This document shows, in pieces, positions 28,864 to 39,524 of a stretch of DNA of 64,000 bases; position 1 is the first letter of the stretch, and each line of letters opens with the position of its first letter. Made by a program: the position numbers and the translations under genes. The notes below the pieces were generated by a model. That model was given only the letters and a program-made list of their open reading frames with translations. It searched no databases and was not told where the DNA came from. This DNA comes from Rhodospirillaceae bacterium MC! (GTDB lineage: Bacteria > Pseudomonadota > Alphaproteobacteria > MC1): NCBI GenBank assembly GCA_002632265.1, contig NQOV01000001.1, forward strand, positions 1,579-65,578, written 5' to 3'.

Positions 28864-31023
28864 ATGAATAAAAATGATGACTATTACCCTAGACTTCAAG
28901 CCATAATAAATCTTTTAAGAGATCAATCTGATAATGATGATGAACAAAAAGTAGAATTATCAGATGAGAAAGAAGAAGAACAACAACAACAAGAAAGCGA
29001 ACAGCAAGAAACCAAGCAAGAAGAAAGCGAAAAAGAAGATGTTAAAGATTTAATCTTTAAAGAAGAAGATGAAAAAAGATTAGAACGTATCAGCAAGGCC
29101 AATGACGCTTCGGATAGAAGAAGAGTAATAGCTGAAGAGTTCGAAAAAGTCATTGTTGAGTTTTTAGAGGATTATCCTGATTCGCCTGAAGCTTATTTCT
29201 TAGTGGGAAGACAGGCTTTTCTTAATTATTCTTTTGTTGTTGCTTGGGAATCCTTTAATAAGGCTTGGGAGTTGGATCAAACTGTCTTAGAATATGCCGA
29301 TGCCATTGCCGTTTTATCTTCGCATTTGGGTAAAATAAAGGAAGGAGCATTTTTTGCCAAGTTATCTTTAATTTTAGAACCGCACCAACATTTAAAATAT
29401 TTGACCATTAAAAAATTAACGGATTATAAATTATCACTATTCCAAATATATGAGACAACATCGAATTTTACATCGATGTTACATCCCTTTAGTATGGGCG
29501 AATACTCTAAAGTTATCAATATCTTAGAATCAGAAATTCAAATCAATGACAAACACGCTCTTTCATACTATTATTTAGGATTTAGTTACTATAAATTAGG
29601 TCATTATCATATAGCTCTTAATCATATTCGTACTGCTTATCTATTGGAAGATGAGAACTCGGGATATTTGCCACTTTTAACCGAAGTGTGTTTAAGATTG
29701 CACATGTACAATGAAGCTTACGGATATTTAGCAGAACTAGAAGATGTTAATAAGAGCGGTAAAATGATCGCACAAGTATTAAAACAAAAATACTTGATCA
29801 TGAATAATGCTTATGATGACAGTAAAGCATTAACTAAAAGCTTATGGCATAACATTAAAGAAATCGAAAAATTAAAAGATAATAAAAAACAATTACCTGA
29901 TTATCTCATGACTCCTTATACGAATGTCTATGCTAGGATCGGAGTTATGATCAATAGTTCGAGCGTGAGCGATACTATTAGCACCTTAATTTCCACACCT
30001 GATAGATTTCATACAATTATCTATGATGTGGATGACGCTAAGGAGAGAGAGAAATCAATTCTCGGCAATAATGTTATAGATTATAAAAATCTTTTTGAGT
30101 TAGATGATCGCTCTGCGGCAATGACCATACGTGGCGAGGCTTTAGATATATTAATTGACGCAACTGATTATTCCACCAATGGATCGTATACAAAATACGC
30201 ATATGACGATGTTGCATCCCTTAAATTATCGTGGTTATCTCATTTGGAAAAGCCGTTTATTGACGGAATACTATATTCGGATAATCATAATAAATTAGAT
30301 AGTTACTTTAAAACTGCCAAGAAAAAGCCCTATAAAATTAGGAATGCGATATCATTACCCATTCCTACAATGTTCGCAACTGTAAAAGAACCACCAGCAT
30401 TTACAAATGGTTATATTAATCTTGGAGTGGTGGCAACAAGAGAAAATCTAACACCGTTATTTTTATCGCAATTAAGTATTATTTTACGTAAAATATCATT
30501 TGTAAATATTAATTTTGGCTATAATGATCTTTTAACAGAAAGTTATAAGGATGAATTAATTACATACTTTGCAGGCTTAAAATTACATAAGAGAATCAGC
30601 TTTTCCCATTCTTCCAAACAGGATACGCCAGAAAACTATAATCCTAAAATTGAATTCCTTAGGGGAATCGATATCTTTCTAAATGGTGGTAAAACAGATA
30701 TAGACGCCATTTCCTATTCGCTATTCTCTGGCGTTCCAAGTTTTTGTTTGCTTGACGGATCTGGGGAAAGTGTAATTGCAGTTAGTACTTTATCTTCGGC
30801 GAATGCTGATAAAGATAGAGTCTTTGATAGTATTGATGATTGCATTAAAGAAATGCTTAACATTATCGAAGATCCTGAAGTATTAGCAAAAATTCGAGCT
30901 GACTTAATTCAATCCATTCCCAATTCTTTGTTGTTTAATTCACATGTGAATAAAAATACCTTTTGGGAAGATATATACGCCATTAGCCAATCCGTTGATT
31001 CTAAGTATCATAAAATATCTTAG
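28864..31023 (+). CDS. TPR-repeat protein fused to a GT41-family (O-GlcNAc-transferase-like) glycosyltransferase domain, with an acidic/Gln-rich N-terminal region
   Basis: The C-terminal half aligns by eye with bacterial OGT catalytic lobes: DILIDATDYSTNGSYTKYAYDDVASLKLSWLSHLEKPFIDGILYSD, INLGVVATRENLTPLFLSQLSIIL and RISFS...DIFLNGGKTDIDAISYSLFSGVPSFCLLDGSGESVIAVS. The N-terminus has EEEQQQQESEQQETKQEESEKED. Confidence 0.6.
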   Translation: MNKNDDYYPRLQAIINLLRDQSDNDDEQKVELSDEKEEEQQQQESEQQETKQEESEKEDVKDLIFKEEDEKRLERISKANDASDRRRVIAEEFEKVIVEFLEDYPDSPEAYFLVGRQAFLNYSFVVAWESFNKAWELDQTVLEYADAIAVLSSHLGKIKEGAFFAKLSLILEPHQHLKYLTIKKLTDYKLSLFQIYETTSNFTSMLHPFSMGEYSKVINILESEIQINDKHALSYYYLGFSYYKLGHYHIALNHIRTAYLLEDENSGYLPLLTEVCLRLHMYNEAYGYLAELEDVNKSGKMIAQVLKQKYLIMNNAYDDSKALTKSLWHNIKEIEKLKDNKKQLPDYLMTPYTNVYARIGVMINSSSVSDTISTLISTPDRFHTIIYDVDDAKEREKSILGNNVIDYKNLFELDDRSAAMTIRGEALDILIDATDYSTNGSYTKYAYDDVASLKLSWLSHLEKPFIDGILYSDNHNKLDSYFKTAKKKPYKIRNAISLPIPTMFATVKEPPAFTNGYINLGVVATRENLTPLFLSQLSIILRKISFVNINFGYNDLLTESYKDELITYFAGLKLHKRISFSHSSKQDTPENYNPKIEFLRGIDIFLNGGKTDIDAISYSLFSGVPSFCLLDGSGESVIAVSTLSSANADKDRVFDSIDDCIKEMLNIIEDPEVLAKIRADLIQSIPNSLLFNSHVNKNTFWEDIYAISQSVDSKYHKIS

Positions 31024-31055
31024 AATACTTTGTACAAGATCAGACATTGAAATAT

Positions 31056-32186
31056 TTATAGCATGTCATAATCTATTGTTGCCCAAGTTTCATTCTGATG
31101 GGAGGTTAGGGCAGAGTTTATAATGGTCATGGTTGTGTAGCCGTGTTTGATTGAGATGTATGAATCGTAATCTGTACAGGTTTTGTTTTGTATGGCTTTG
31201 CCGTAGCCTTGGTATAGGCGTGTGAAATAGTTATCGCAGTTGGGGGTATTGTAGGATTTTGTTTTAAGATTTTCTTCATCTAGTTTTAGGTGGAGATCGG
31301 TTTTGCCAAAAACTGATGTTACGATTTTAAGTGAGCCTTTAGATCCCATTACTTCGATGAGTTTATTTTCATCGCAGGCTAGAGCTGATACGGTTAGGAA
31401 CATCGATCCTACAACATTGTTACCATAATCCATGATGATAGCGTCGGTATCGTCGCATTCTCGCCCTTTGACTGTTTTGACTAAGTTTGCAAAAATTCGT
31501 TTGGGTGGTTTGCCCATTATATAACTGGAATATTGAAAGGCATGAGCGCCAACATCGCTAATGTTACCAGCTACACCATATTCTTTTTTAAATCGCCAAC
31601 TGAATTTATGGGCTGGATGTGTGGGGTCATTTTCCAGTAATTTAAAGCCTAGATCATAGACAGTCTTATAAAGAATTGATCTTACTTCTCCAATTTCGCC
31701 ACTGGCTACTATATTTTTAGCGTCTTCGATGTAATCTGATCCGTTCCATGTGAAAGTTACACCGAATAATAAATTATTCTTTTTCGATAATTCCCACAGA
31801 GTGCGAGCTTCTTCCGTATGGATCGTTACAGGTTTATCACATATAACGTGCATACCCTTTTCTAAGGCATATTTTGCTTGTTCGAAGTGGGATCTGTCTG
31901 GAGTGGCTATAACAATAACTCTAGCACCGTCCTTTTTTGTTATTTCTGTATCGATCATCTTTTTGTAATCATCGTAGCAATTTTCTTCGTCTACGGCGAT
32001 TTCTTTTGCTAGCTTAATGGTCTTGTCTATGGTTTGGGAAAAACAACCTGCAACCAATTCAAAATAGTTACTGGATTTTAATCCGTGTCGATGTGAATTG
32101 CCAATCATCGAGCCGATTCCACCGCCTACCATACAGGCTTTAATTTTACTAATGTTATTTGTGTTTGTATTTGTATTCATGTTCAT
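31056..32186 (-). CDS. Gfo/Idh/MocA-family NAD(P)-dependent oxidoreductase
   Basis: The N-terminal Rossmann motif KACMVGGGIGSMIG and the EKP motif (ICDKP) are typical of the family. A poly-Asn/Thr leader (MNMNTNTNTNN) precedes them. Confidence 0.75.
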   Translation of the reverse strand: MNMNTNTNTNNISKIKACMVGGGIGSMIGNSHRHGLKSSNYFELVAGCFSQTIDKTIKLAKEIAVDEENCYDDYKKMIDTEITKKDGARVIVIATPDRSHFEQAKYALEKGMHVICDKPVTIHTEEARTLWELSKKNNLLFGVTFTWNGSDYIEDAKNIVASGEIGEVRSILYKTVYDLGFKLLENDPTHPAHKFSWRFKKEYGVAGNISDVGAHAFQYSSYIMGKPPKRIFANLVKTVKGRECDDTDAIIMDYGNNVVGSMFLTVSALACDENKLIEVMGSKGSLKIVTSVFGKTDLHLKLDEENLKTKSYNTPNCDNYFTRLYQGYGKAIQNKTCTDYDSYISIKHGYTTMTIINSALTSHQNETWATIDYDML

Positions 32187-32198
32187 GTTGCTCTCTTT

Positions 32199-35100
32199 TT
32201 ATTTAATATAATATGTTTTAAGTTTAAATGGGGTAAAGTTATTGAGTTCCCTATGGGAGATGTTCTCTGCTATATTCTCTGCTATATTCTCTTCTAGTGT
32301 GTTAACTTCTTTTGTGATTTTTAAACTATCAGATAAGTTAATATCACAAATACCACGTTTACCATATGGTTCATAAGCTCTTAAGATAAGCCCTTGTTTA
32401 TCTTCCGCCTGTTTTAAAGCACATAAATTTAGCTCAATCCCTTTAAGGGTTACAAACTGTTTAGATACGCTATCTTTGGCAGAAGTTGGCTTGAAGATAA
32501 GAGGATCGTTAACAATAATCGAATTAGTAACAACTCCGTTATCAACATCAGACCAAGCCCCATTATGCGGATATAAAGAGTGAGTAAATTCTTGCTCGCC
32601 CTCATCACAGATAGGATCGGGAAAGGTTGGACCACGGACGAAACTTGCTCCAATTACATTTTCAGTTACAGAAAAACCATATTTATCTTTAGTGATTAAG
32701 CTTACACCGAAACCCGTTTCGCTAAGATCAACAAACTTATGAGCCGAGCCTTCAAACTTAGCTCTGTCCCAAGGAGTATTCTCTTCGGTTGAACGTCTGA
32801 TAACGCCAATGGCTTGATCGTAAGTGGCATAATCCGTATGGACATCAATGGGGAATTCCGAACGCAAGAAACGACGGCGATCATTCCAATTGATTTTAGT
32901 TTTTATATCTAAACGAGCAGAATTTGACCATAGGATATATGTTTGTTCTATATAACTATTATGGATCTTACGTGAAACTTTAATGGCAATACGCATTTTT
33001 CCCTTTTCAATTAATTCTATGGATTTTACATCTGTAATTAGCTCTTCGCTTAATTTATAGTTGGCTTCCATATCCCAAGCGTCGTAGGTTCTTGGGCGTT
33101 CGAAATAGCATTTCAATTGATTGGCAGGAGCAGAAAGAGACTCTCTATTTCTGATCTTATCAAATAAGGAGCTGATACGCCCTGATTCATCGATTGTTAC
33201 TTTTATGAAGTCATTTTCTAGCGTGTTTTTAGTGGCAATTAGTTTGCCTTTTGCTAGATTATCTTCAGATGTGGGAATGAATTTAGCTTCTAAACCTGAT
33301 ATTTTACTATCCAGAGCGATTATGTAGCCGTCCGTCGTTTTTTCGCTATTTTCTATTTTATCTGGAGAAACCAATTGTAAGCCGTTGATTTCATTTAAAT
33401 GTTGATTAACAACAAACACACCTTTTTTATCTCCACTTTCGCATATGGATTTGCTTAGGTTATCTAAGGCAGTATGGATTTTAGCTTGAGAATTATCAAT
33501 AACCGTAGTTAATTCCTTATCTGTTTGAGCGTAAACTTCGCCGATAGAACTCCCTGGCAAGGCGTCGTGAAATTGATTTCTTAGGAGGAATTTCCAATCT
33601 CGGCTCATATCGATAATTGGAGTTTTATTTTGGATGTAATCTAAGGTTTGTAAGGTTTCGGCGTTAACTAGAGCGTGTTCGGAAAGTCTGTTTTTCTTCT
33701 TCATAGCTGATTGACTAGTTAAAGTAGCACGATGATATTCTAGATATATTTCCCCTGTCCATGTATTAAAGTTTCTTGTTTTTGCCTCGCTTTCAAGATT
33801 AGACATGAACTCTTGAACTTTACCTGTGCGAACTTCAGGAATGGCAGGCATTTTATTGATCTGTTCAATCTCTTCGATTTGCTGATAGGAAGGACCGCCA
33901 CCGCCATCGCCAAAGCCAAATGATGCTATAGTTTCATCATACATGCTTTTATTTTGGAAGTTTTGCCATACTTCATTGATACAAGTGGCATTAATAGGCA
34001 TGTTATAGCCTTCAAATACGTTGAAAGTGTGAACAAAGACCTTATCTCCGTTATCGCCTTTCCACCAGAACATATTATCGGTCATTTTGTTGGCTTCGTT
34101 CCAATTTACTTTTATGGTTACCATATTAGTTAATCCTGCTGATTTAAATAGTTGTGGTAACGAGCCAGAAAATCCGAATGTATCAGGTAGCCAAGCGGTA
34201 GAGCATTTTACATTGAATTTATCCATGAAATATTGCTGACCGTATAAGAATTGACGGTTGAAAGCTTCAGCAGATGGCATATTAGTATCTGTTTCCACCC
34301 ACATACCGCCAATTAATTCGATCTGACCAGATTTTACTTTGGATCTTACATCTTCAAATAGTTCGCTGTTCTGCTCTTCGATGTGTTCCAGTAAGGCCGC
34401 TTGCGATTGATTGTAGATAAAGTTTTTATATTTATTTGCTAGCATATTTACAGAACTCATTGTTCTTTGGATTTTACGTTCTGATTCAGTTTGTGGCCAT
34501 AGCCATACGTAATCCAAATGAGCATGACCAGAAACCATGACTTTACCCGATTTGGGGAATTTAGCTTTAAGCTCTTTTAATTCCTTGGTTAACCATTTAA
34601 AAGAAGACTCTACAGATTGTATATGCTGATCTTCTAAGGGTTCTAGCATGCCCTTATTTCTTGATTGTGCGGGTAATTGCCAAATACCTTCTTGTTCTCC
34701 ATGGAAGTTATCGGTTAAATAAGTTCCTTTTTCACGCATGAGATTTCGGCTAGAATTTACTATTCTAGGCAAGAAGTTTTCTGTTTTTGTGGGCCAATCC
34801 AAATGAGCTAACAGATATTCCAAGCGTTCCATTAATTCTTCTTGGATCTCTGGACGGTTATCTAAAGCTTTTGCGGTTGTTATGGTTGTTCGCATTAGTT
34901 TTAGTAGTTCGTAGAGTTTAGGTTCTAGTAGGATAATTCTTGCTTCTTTTAAATGTGTATCACGTTTGGGGATACCAAAAAGATCCCTAGCAACAGATTC
35001 CACTTTGATACTAAATTCATTAGTATCTAAGATAACCGTATGATGAAAGGGGTTAAGGCCGCAAGATGTGTATGAGCCGTCATTATAGCTTATTGTAGCC

Positions 35101-35387
35101 AAACTTTCGCCATCTGTATCAAGATAAAGGCGTGTGTTTTCAAGATCCCAATGGTTGGGGATTTTTATTTTAGCTATGGTTTCGAAAATAACCAAGTCAT
35201 CAGAGCCAGGCCACTTATCTCCTAGTTTTATATGTAGATCTTTAATGTTGTCATTTTTAGAAGAGAATTTCCAATCTGGTATGTCAATACTTTCTCGATC
35301 TAGCCAGTAAGCTAATTCATCGATCCATGATAGTACATGATCAAATCTTAAATTCATGTTGCGGTATTTTTCGGCATAGTTTTTCAT
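32199..35387 (-). CDS. Alpha-mannosidase, glycoside hydrolase family 38 (cytoplasmic, MngB-like)
   Basis: 1062 aa. The GH38 N-terminal catalytic region has the HxD metal site (VSGHAHLDYVWLW) and the central and C-terminal beta domains are present. No signal peptide. Confidence 0.85.
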   Translation of the reverse strand: MKNYAEKYRNMNLRFDHVLSWIDELAYWLDRESIDIPDWKFSSKNDNIKDLHIKLGDKWPGSDDLVIFETIAKIKIPNHWDLENTRLYLDTDGESLATISYNDGSYTSCGLNPFHHTVILDTNEFSIKVESVARDLFGIPKRDTHLKEARIILLEPKLYELLKLMRTTITTAKALDNRPEIQEELMERLEYLLAHLDWPTKTENFLPRIVNSSRNLMREKGTYLTDNFHGEQEGIWQLPAQSRNKGMLEPLEDQHIQSVESSFKWLTKELKELKAKFPKSGKVMVSGHAHLDYVWLWPQTESERKIQRTMSSVNMLANKYKNFIYNQSQAALLEHIEEQNSELFEDVRSKVKSGQIELIGGMWVETDTNMPSAEAFNRQFLYGQQYFMDKFNVKCSTAWLPDTFGFSGSLPQLFKSAGLTNMVTIKVNWNEANKMTDNMFWWKGDNGDKVFVHTFNVFEGYNMPINATCINEVWQNFQNKSMYDETIASFGFGDGGGGPSYQQIEEIEQINKMPAIPEVRTGKVQEFMSNLESEAKTRNFNTWTGEIYLEYHRATLTSQSAMKKKNRLSEHALVNAETLQTLDYIQNKTPIIDMSRDWKFLLRNQFHDALPGSSIGEVYAQTDKELTTVIDNSQAKIHTALDNLSKSICESGDKKGVFVVNQHLNEINGLQLVSPDKIENSEKTTDGYIIALDSKISGLEAKFIPTSEDNLAKGKLIATKNTLENDFIKVTIDESGRISSLFDKIRNRESLSAPANQLKCYFERPRTYDAWDMEANYKLSEELITDVKSIELIEKGKMRIAIKVSRKIHNSYIEQTYILWSNSARLDIKTKINWNDRRRFLRSEFPIDVHTDYATYDQAIGVIRRSTEENTPWDRAKFEGSAHKFVDLSETGFGVSLITKDKYGFSVTENVIGASFVRGPTFPDPICDEGEQEFTHSLYPHNGAWSDVDNGVVTNSIIVNDPLIFKPTSAKDSVSKQFVTLKGIELNLCALKQAEDKQGLILRAYEPYGKRGICDINLSDSLKITKEVNTLEENIAENIAENISHRELNNFTPFKLKTYYIK

Positions 35388-35874
35388 TTTAAACTCCTTA
35401 GTTTAATTGCGATTTTTAAGATAGTGTTAGGTTATTCCCTTACAGATCTTAGAATGATCCAAGAAACTAAAACAGATATATGGACAATGTTTATTCCACG
35501 TATTTTATTTTGTTTTGTTTTATTTGTGTGTGTATGTATGTGTAATTGTCAGATGTCAACTACAATATTTACTATACCATGGAGTAAAAGCTAAATGCAA
35601 GATGTTTCATAGAGAGTGGTGATTTTTTTGAGCAAAATATGATTATTTTCATTTGATTTTGATTAAACTATCTTGTTTTTTATGTTTTTAGTTTCTTATA
35701 TTGTGATGTTTTAGATGATAAAATGGCGATAAAACAATTAATTATATGGCTATAGTGTGAGTTAGTATGATATAATCAATAAATGTTAAAAATCTCTTAA
35801 CTTATTGTTAAGAGCATGTTAATATAATAAAAGAGATATGAAATAATTTTACAAATAATATATATGGTCTTAGA

Positions 35875-36825
35875 ATGAAAAATAGTGAAATAATAACAGT
35901 TACTTTAAATCCTGCGATAGATTTAACTTTAAGTTTAAAGGAATTTAATGTGGGTCATGTAAATATAGTTCAAAGTGAAATCAGTAATCCTGGGGGAAAG
36001 GGGGTAAATGTCTCTTATTATTTGAGTTTACAAGGTTATCACTCGCAAGCTTTGGGGTTTCTAGGAGCGGATAATGTTGGGATATTTAATGGGTTTTTTG
36101 CTCGTAATAGAATTGATCATAACTTTATCTTAGTAAATGGGAAAACTCGAACTAATATAAAAATAGCCGATAATAAAAATGCTCATGTTACTGATGTTAA
36201 TAGCTCCAGTTTTTTAGTAACAGAGCAGAATAAACAGGATTTTAAGGCAAAGCTTTTGCAAGTGAAAAATAGCAAATCTATTTTCGTTTTAGCGGGCAGT
36301 CTTCCTAAAGGGGTGGAAGATGGCTTTTATAGTGATCTTTTAGTCCACTTAAAGGATAATAAGGTCATTCTAGATACATCAGGAAATGCCTTAAAGCATG
36401 TGATTAATTCGCCTTATCTGCCCTATGCTATTAAGCCCAATGAGTACGAACTGGCTCAAGCAATGGATTGCGACGTAAGAGATTTTATCGATGAATATAA
36501 TATCTTAAAAGCAATAGAGGATCTTAAGCATAAGGGGATAGCCTTGGTTGTGGTTTCCTTAGGAGAAAGGGGAATGATTTTCTCTCATAAGGATTGCACA
36601 TATAGAGTTCGCCCTGTAGTCCAGCAGGTTAAATCTACTGTGGGGGCAGGGGATGCTTTGGTGAGTGGGTTGGCTTTAGCCTTAGAGCATAATCTCACAG
36701 ATGAAGAAACAATTCTCTTATGCACATCTCTTTCCATGGGAGCGGTTGGTGTGTTGGGGATTGGGTTACCTGATAAAGATATCTTAAACGATTTACGCTC
36801 TCATATGGACATTCAACGCTTTTAA
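35875..36825 (+). CDS. PfkB-family sugar kinase (1-phosphofructokinase / tagatose-6-phosphate kinase-like)
   Basis: TLNPAIDLT, NPGGKGVNVS and a C-terminal GAGDA motif match the PfkB/FruK subfamily. Confidence 0.8.
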   Translation: MKNSEIITVTLNPAIDLTLSLKEFNVGHVNIVQSEISNPGGKGVNVSYYLSLQGYHSQALGFLGADNVGIFNGFFARNRIDHNFILVNGKTRTNIKIADNKNAHVTDVNSSSFLVTEQNKQDFKAKLLQVKNSKSIFVLAGSLPKGVEDGFYSDLLVHLKDNKVILDTSGNALKHVINSPYLPYAIKPNEYELAQAMDCDVRDFIDEYNILKAIEDLKHKGIALVVVSLGERGMIFSHKDCTYRVRPVVQQVKSTVGAGDALVSGLALALEHNLTDEETILLCTSLSMGAVGVLGIGLPDKDILNDLRSHMDIQRF

Positions 36826-36954
36826 GTAGAAACATAAGCAGAAAAAAAATAAGCAGAAAAATAAGTATAAAAAGAAAAAAGACATGGGGTATGATCTCAT
36901 GTCTTTTCTTTTATACTTTGCTTATTTTACATTTCACATTTATGTTAAGTAGGG

Positions 36955-38652
36955 TTACTTTTTCATAGATTGTAAGAATGATTGCACAGTGGTTTCTAGG
37001 TTGTGGGTTTCTTCGCCTAGTTCGTGTGATGATTGTAGGACGCTATTTGATGATGAGTTAACTTCGGAAGAGCCTGATTTTACTTCTGTAATACCTGATG
37101 AGATCTCTTGTGCTCCTATGCGGATAGTTTCCATACTGTGGTTGATTTCGCCCATTGTTGTTGTTTGTTGTTCGATAGCAGAAGAGATCGCTCCGTAGCG
37201 TTCTGATGTTTTTTGAATAACGGCAACAATTTTCTTAACGGCTACAGAGGCCTCTGTAGTTTCCCCTTGGACTGTTTCGATCTGTGAGCGGATTTCTTCG
37301 GTAGCTTTAGCGGTTTGAGCCGCTAGGTTTTTCACTTCCGACGCCACAACAGCGAAACCTTTACCAGCGTCGCCCGCACGAGCGGCCTCGATGGTAGCAT
37401 TAAGAGCTAGTAAGTTAGTTTGATCGGCGATATCTGTAATCAAGCTTACAACTTCGGAGATCTTGCCAACTGATTGTACTAGTGTTTCAATTGTATCAAC
37501 GGTTTTTTCTCCTTCAACCGCACCTTTTTGGGCGTTGATAGCACCTTCGGAAATGGTTTGGCTAACTTCTTGAATCGATGAGTGCATCTCTTCGGCTGAC
37601 GTTGCCACACGGTCGATATTTTCTGATGAAGTATTCGCCGATTGTGTAATGGAAATGGCACGCTCTTCCGAAGTACTCGCCAAGGTTGACATGGTGTTGG
37701 CGGTTTCTTTCATGGAATTCGATGAGTTTGTAAATAGTTGAATCACATTTGAAATATCGCCCTCAAATACGGCAATACGTTGTAATAGATCTTTTTTAGC
37801 CTCTTCTTCAACACGTTTAAGATTAACTTCCTGTTGTGCCTCGGCTTCTTTGGCTGATTGTAGTTGGGCTCTAAAAATTTCAATTTGCGAGGCAATTCTA
37901 CCAATTGACGGATTATAATCAGATTGATGAACTTCTTCTGATAAATCGCCCTTAGCCATTTTTGCCACATGTGATGTGATTTTGTTAATTTCGCTTACAA
38001 CATCAATTGTAATTAAGACTATAAATATAACTAAAATTAATGCTGAAATACCAATTGAAAGGATAATGCCATAACTATATGTATTTAATCTTTTATGTAC
38101 GTTTATGGCGTCTTGTGTTAGAATGGCAGCCATAAGCGACCAATGCCATACTTTTGTTCTATATACATAACTTGTTTTTTGTGCGTTATCATCCCAAAGA
38201 TAATCCACAGATGCTCCTTTATCTGGATCAGAAGCTTTTGCGGCCGTTAATAGCTTTCTAAGGGCGGTTGGATGTACGCCAGTTCCTTTTGTTTCATCAG
38301 TCTTATGATCTGTAATGGTTGGATGGGCTAGAATATGACCTGCGTCATCCATAACATAAACATAGTGAGTAGAGTCAAAGGCCATTCTGTTGATCATACT
38401 CATGGCGATTTGTTGAGCAACTTTTCTTGTTAATATCCCTTGAGTTTCCAACTCTTCCAAGCGTTCTACGGATCTTTGTGCTGTAAGTACCATATATTTA
38501 GGCGTGTTCTTTTTCGTTTCCATGTAGTTGTTCATTACAACATTAATTTGCTTTGATGACATTAGATTTACTACAAATATCGTCCCAAAACCAATAACTG
38601 ATAAGATTAAGATGAGTAAAAAGGCGGCTTTGATTGAAAGAAATTTTAACAT
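36955..38652 (-). CDS. Methyl-accepting chemotaxis protein
   Basis: Two TM segments flank a periplasmic ligand domain. HAMP and the highly conserved MA signalling domain (...[30 protein letters not shown]...) are present. Confidence 0.9.
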   Translation of the reverse strand: MLKFLSIKAAFLLILILSVIGFGTIFVVNLMSSKQINVVMNNYMETKKNTPKYMVLTAQRSVERLEELETQGILTRKVAQQIAMSMINRMAFDSTHYVYVMDDAGHILAHPTITDHKTDETKGTGVHPTALRKLLTAAKASDPDKGASVDYLWDDNAQKTSYVYRTKVWHWSLMAAILTQDAINVHKRLNTYSYGIILSIGISALILVIFIVLITIDVVSEINKITSHVAKMAKGDLSEEVHQSDYNPSIGRIASQIEIFRAQLQSAKEAEAQQEVNLKRVEEEAKKDLLQRIAVFEGDISNVIQLFTNSSNSMKETANTMSTLASTSEERAISITQSANTSSENIDRVATSAEEMHSSIQEVSQTISEGAINAQKGAVEGEKTVDTIETLVQSVGKISEVVSLITDIADQTNLLALNATIEAARAGDAGKGFAVVASEVKNLAAQTAKATEEIRSQIETVQGETTEASVAVKKIVAVIQKTSERYGAISSAIEQQTTTMGEINHSMETIRIGAQEISSGITEVKSGSSEVNSSSNSVLQSSHELGEETHNLETTVQSFLQSMKK

Positions 38653-39524
38653 GAAAATTGTATCCTTGAAATTAAATATATTGAAAAAAATTTACTCATA
38701 TATTTTTGCATTCTTGCATTTGGGTATTTTAATATTTTAGCAACTGTCTACGTTTACAACTGTTTCAAAAAAAATATCACTCAAAAATACTTTCTTGTAT
38801 TTCCATATGAGTCATAATATTGTAACAATAAAACTAATGTGGTTTACGGTTGAGCTTTAACATACGCATTCATTCTATTGCTTGTGTGATTTATATCATA
38901 GCATAATATAGTACGAAAATCTTTAAAAATTGTTAAAATATCTTATATCATCTTATGTATGGCGTGCTTGCTATTATGTTAATTATGTTAAGTATATGGA
39001 TTATAATCATAATTTCCTATTGTAAATTTATATATTATATCACCAATATTTTTTGTAAAAAGTTGTTTATATAATTTAATAAATAGAATCTCTCATCATT
39101 TTTATTTAGTTATCTTTGGTTGGCCAGAAAGAATCTATATTTCAAAAGTTTACTTTATTTACTTTCTAAGTTTGTAATAATATTATAACTTGACATAGCT
39201 CTATTTTTTGCTTATGGATTAAATATACAAGTTGTATTTCATATTTATCTTATCCCATATGTTATCTTATATGCTATATATTTACAATCTTTGTTTGAGC
39301 ATAAAGGATCTATATTTCAAAAGTTTACTTTATATGTTAATAGCGTTAATAATTTATTAAACTTTCTTTGATAGAATGGATGATGTTATAGGGATAATAA
39401 TAACTAAGCATATAGAGATGATCATACGTTCTTGTTGCACACTAGCATATATATGCAAACTATGTCTTAATTCATGTTACATGTATTAAGTTATGATCTT
39501 ATATTATTTTAAGGAGATAATAAT

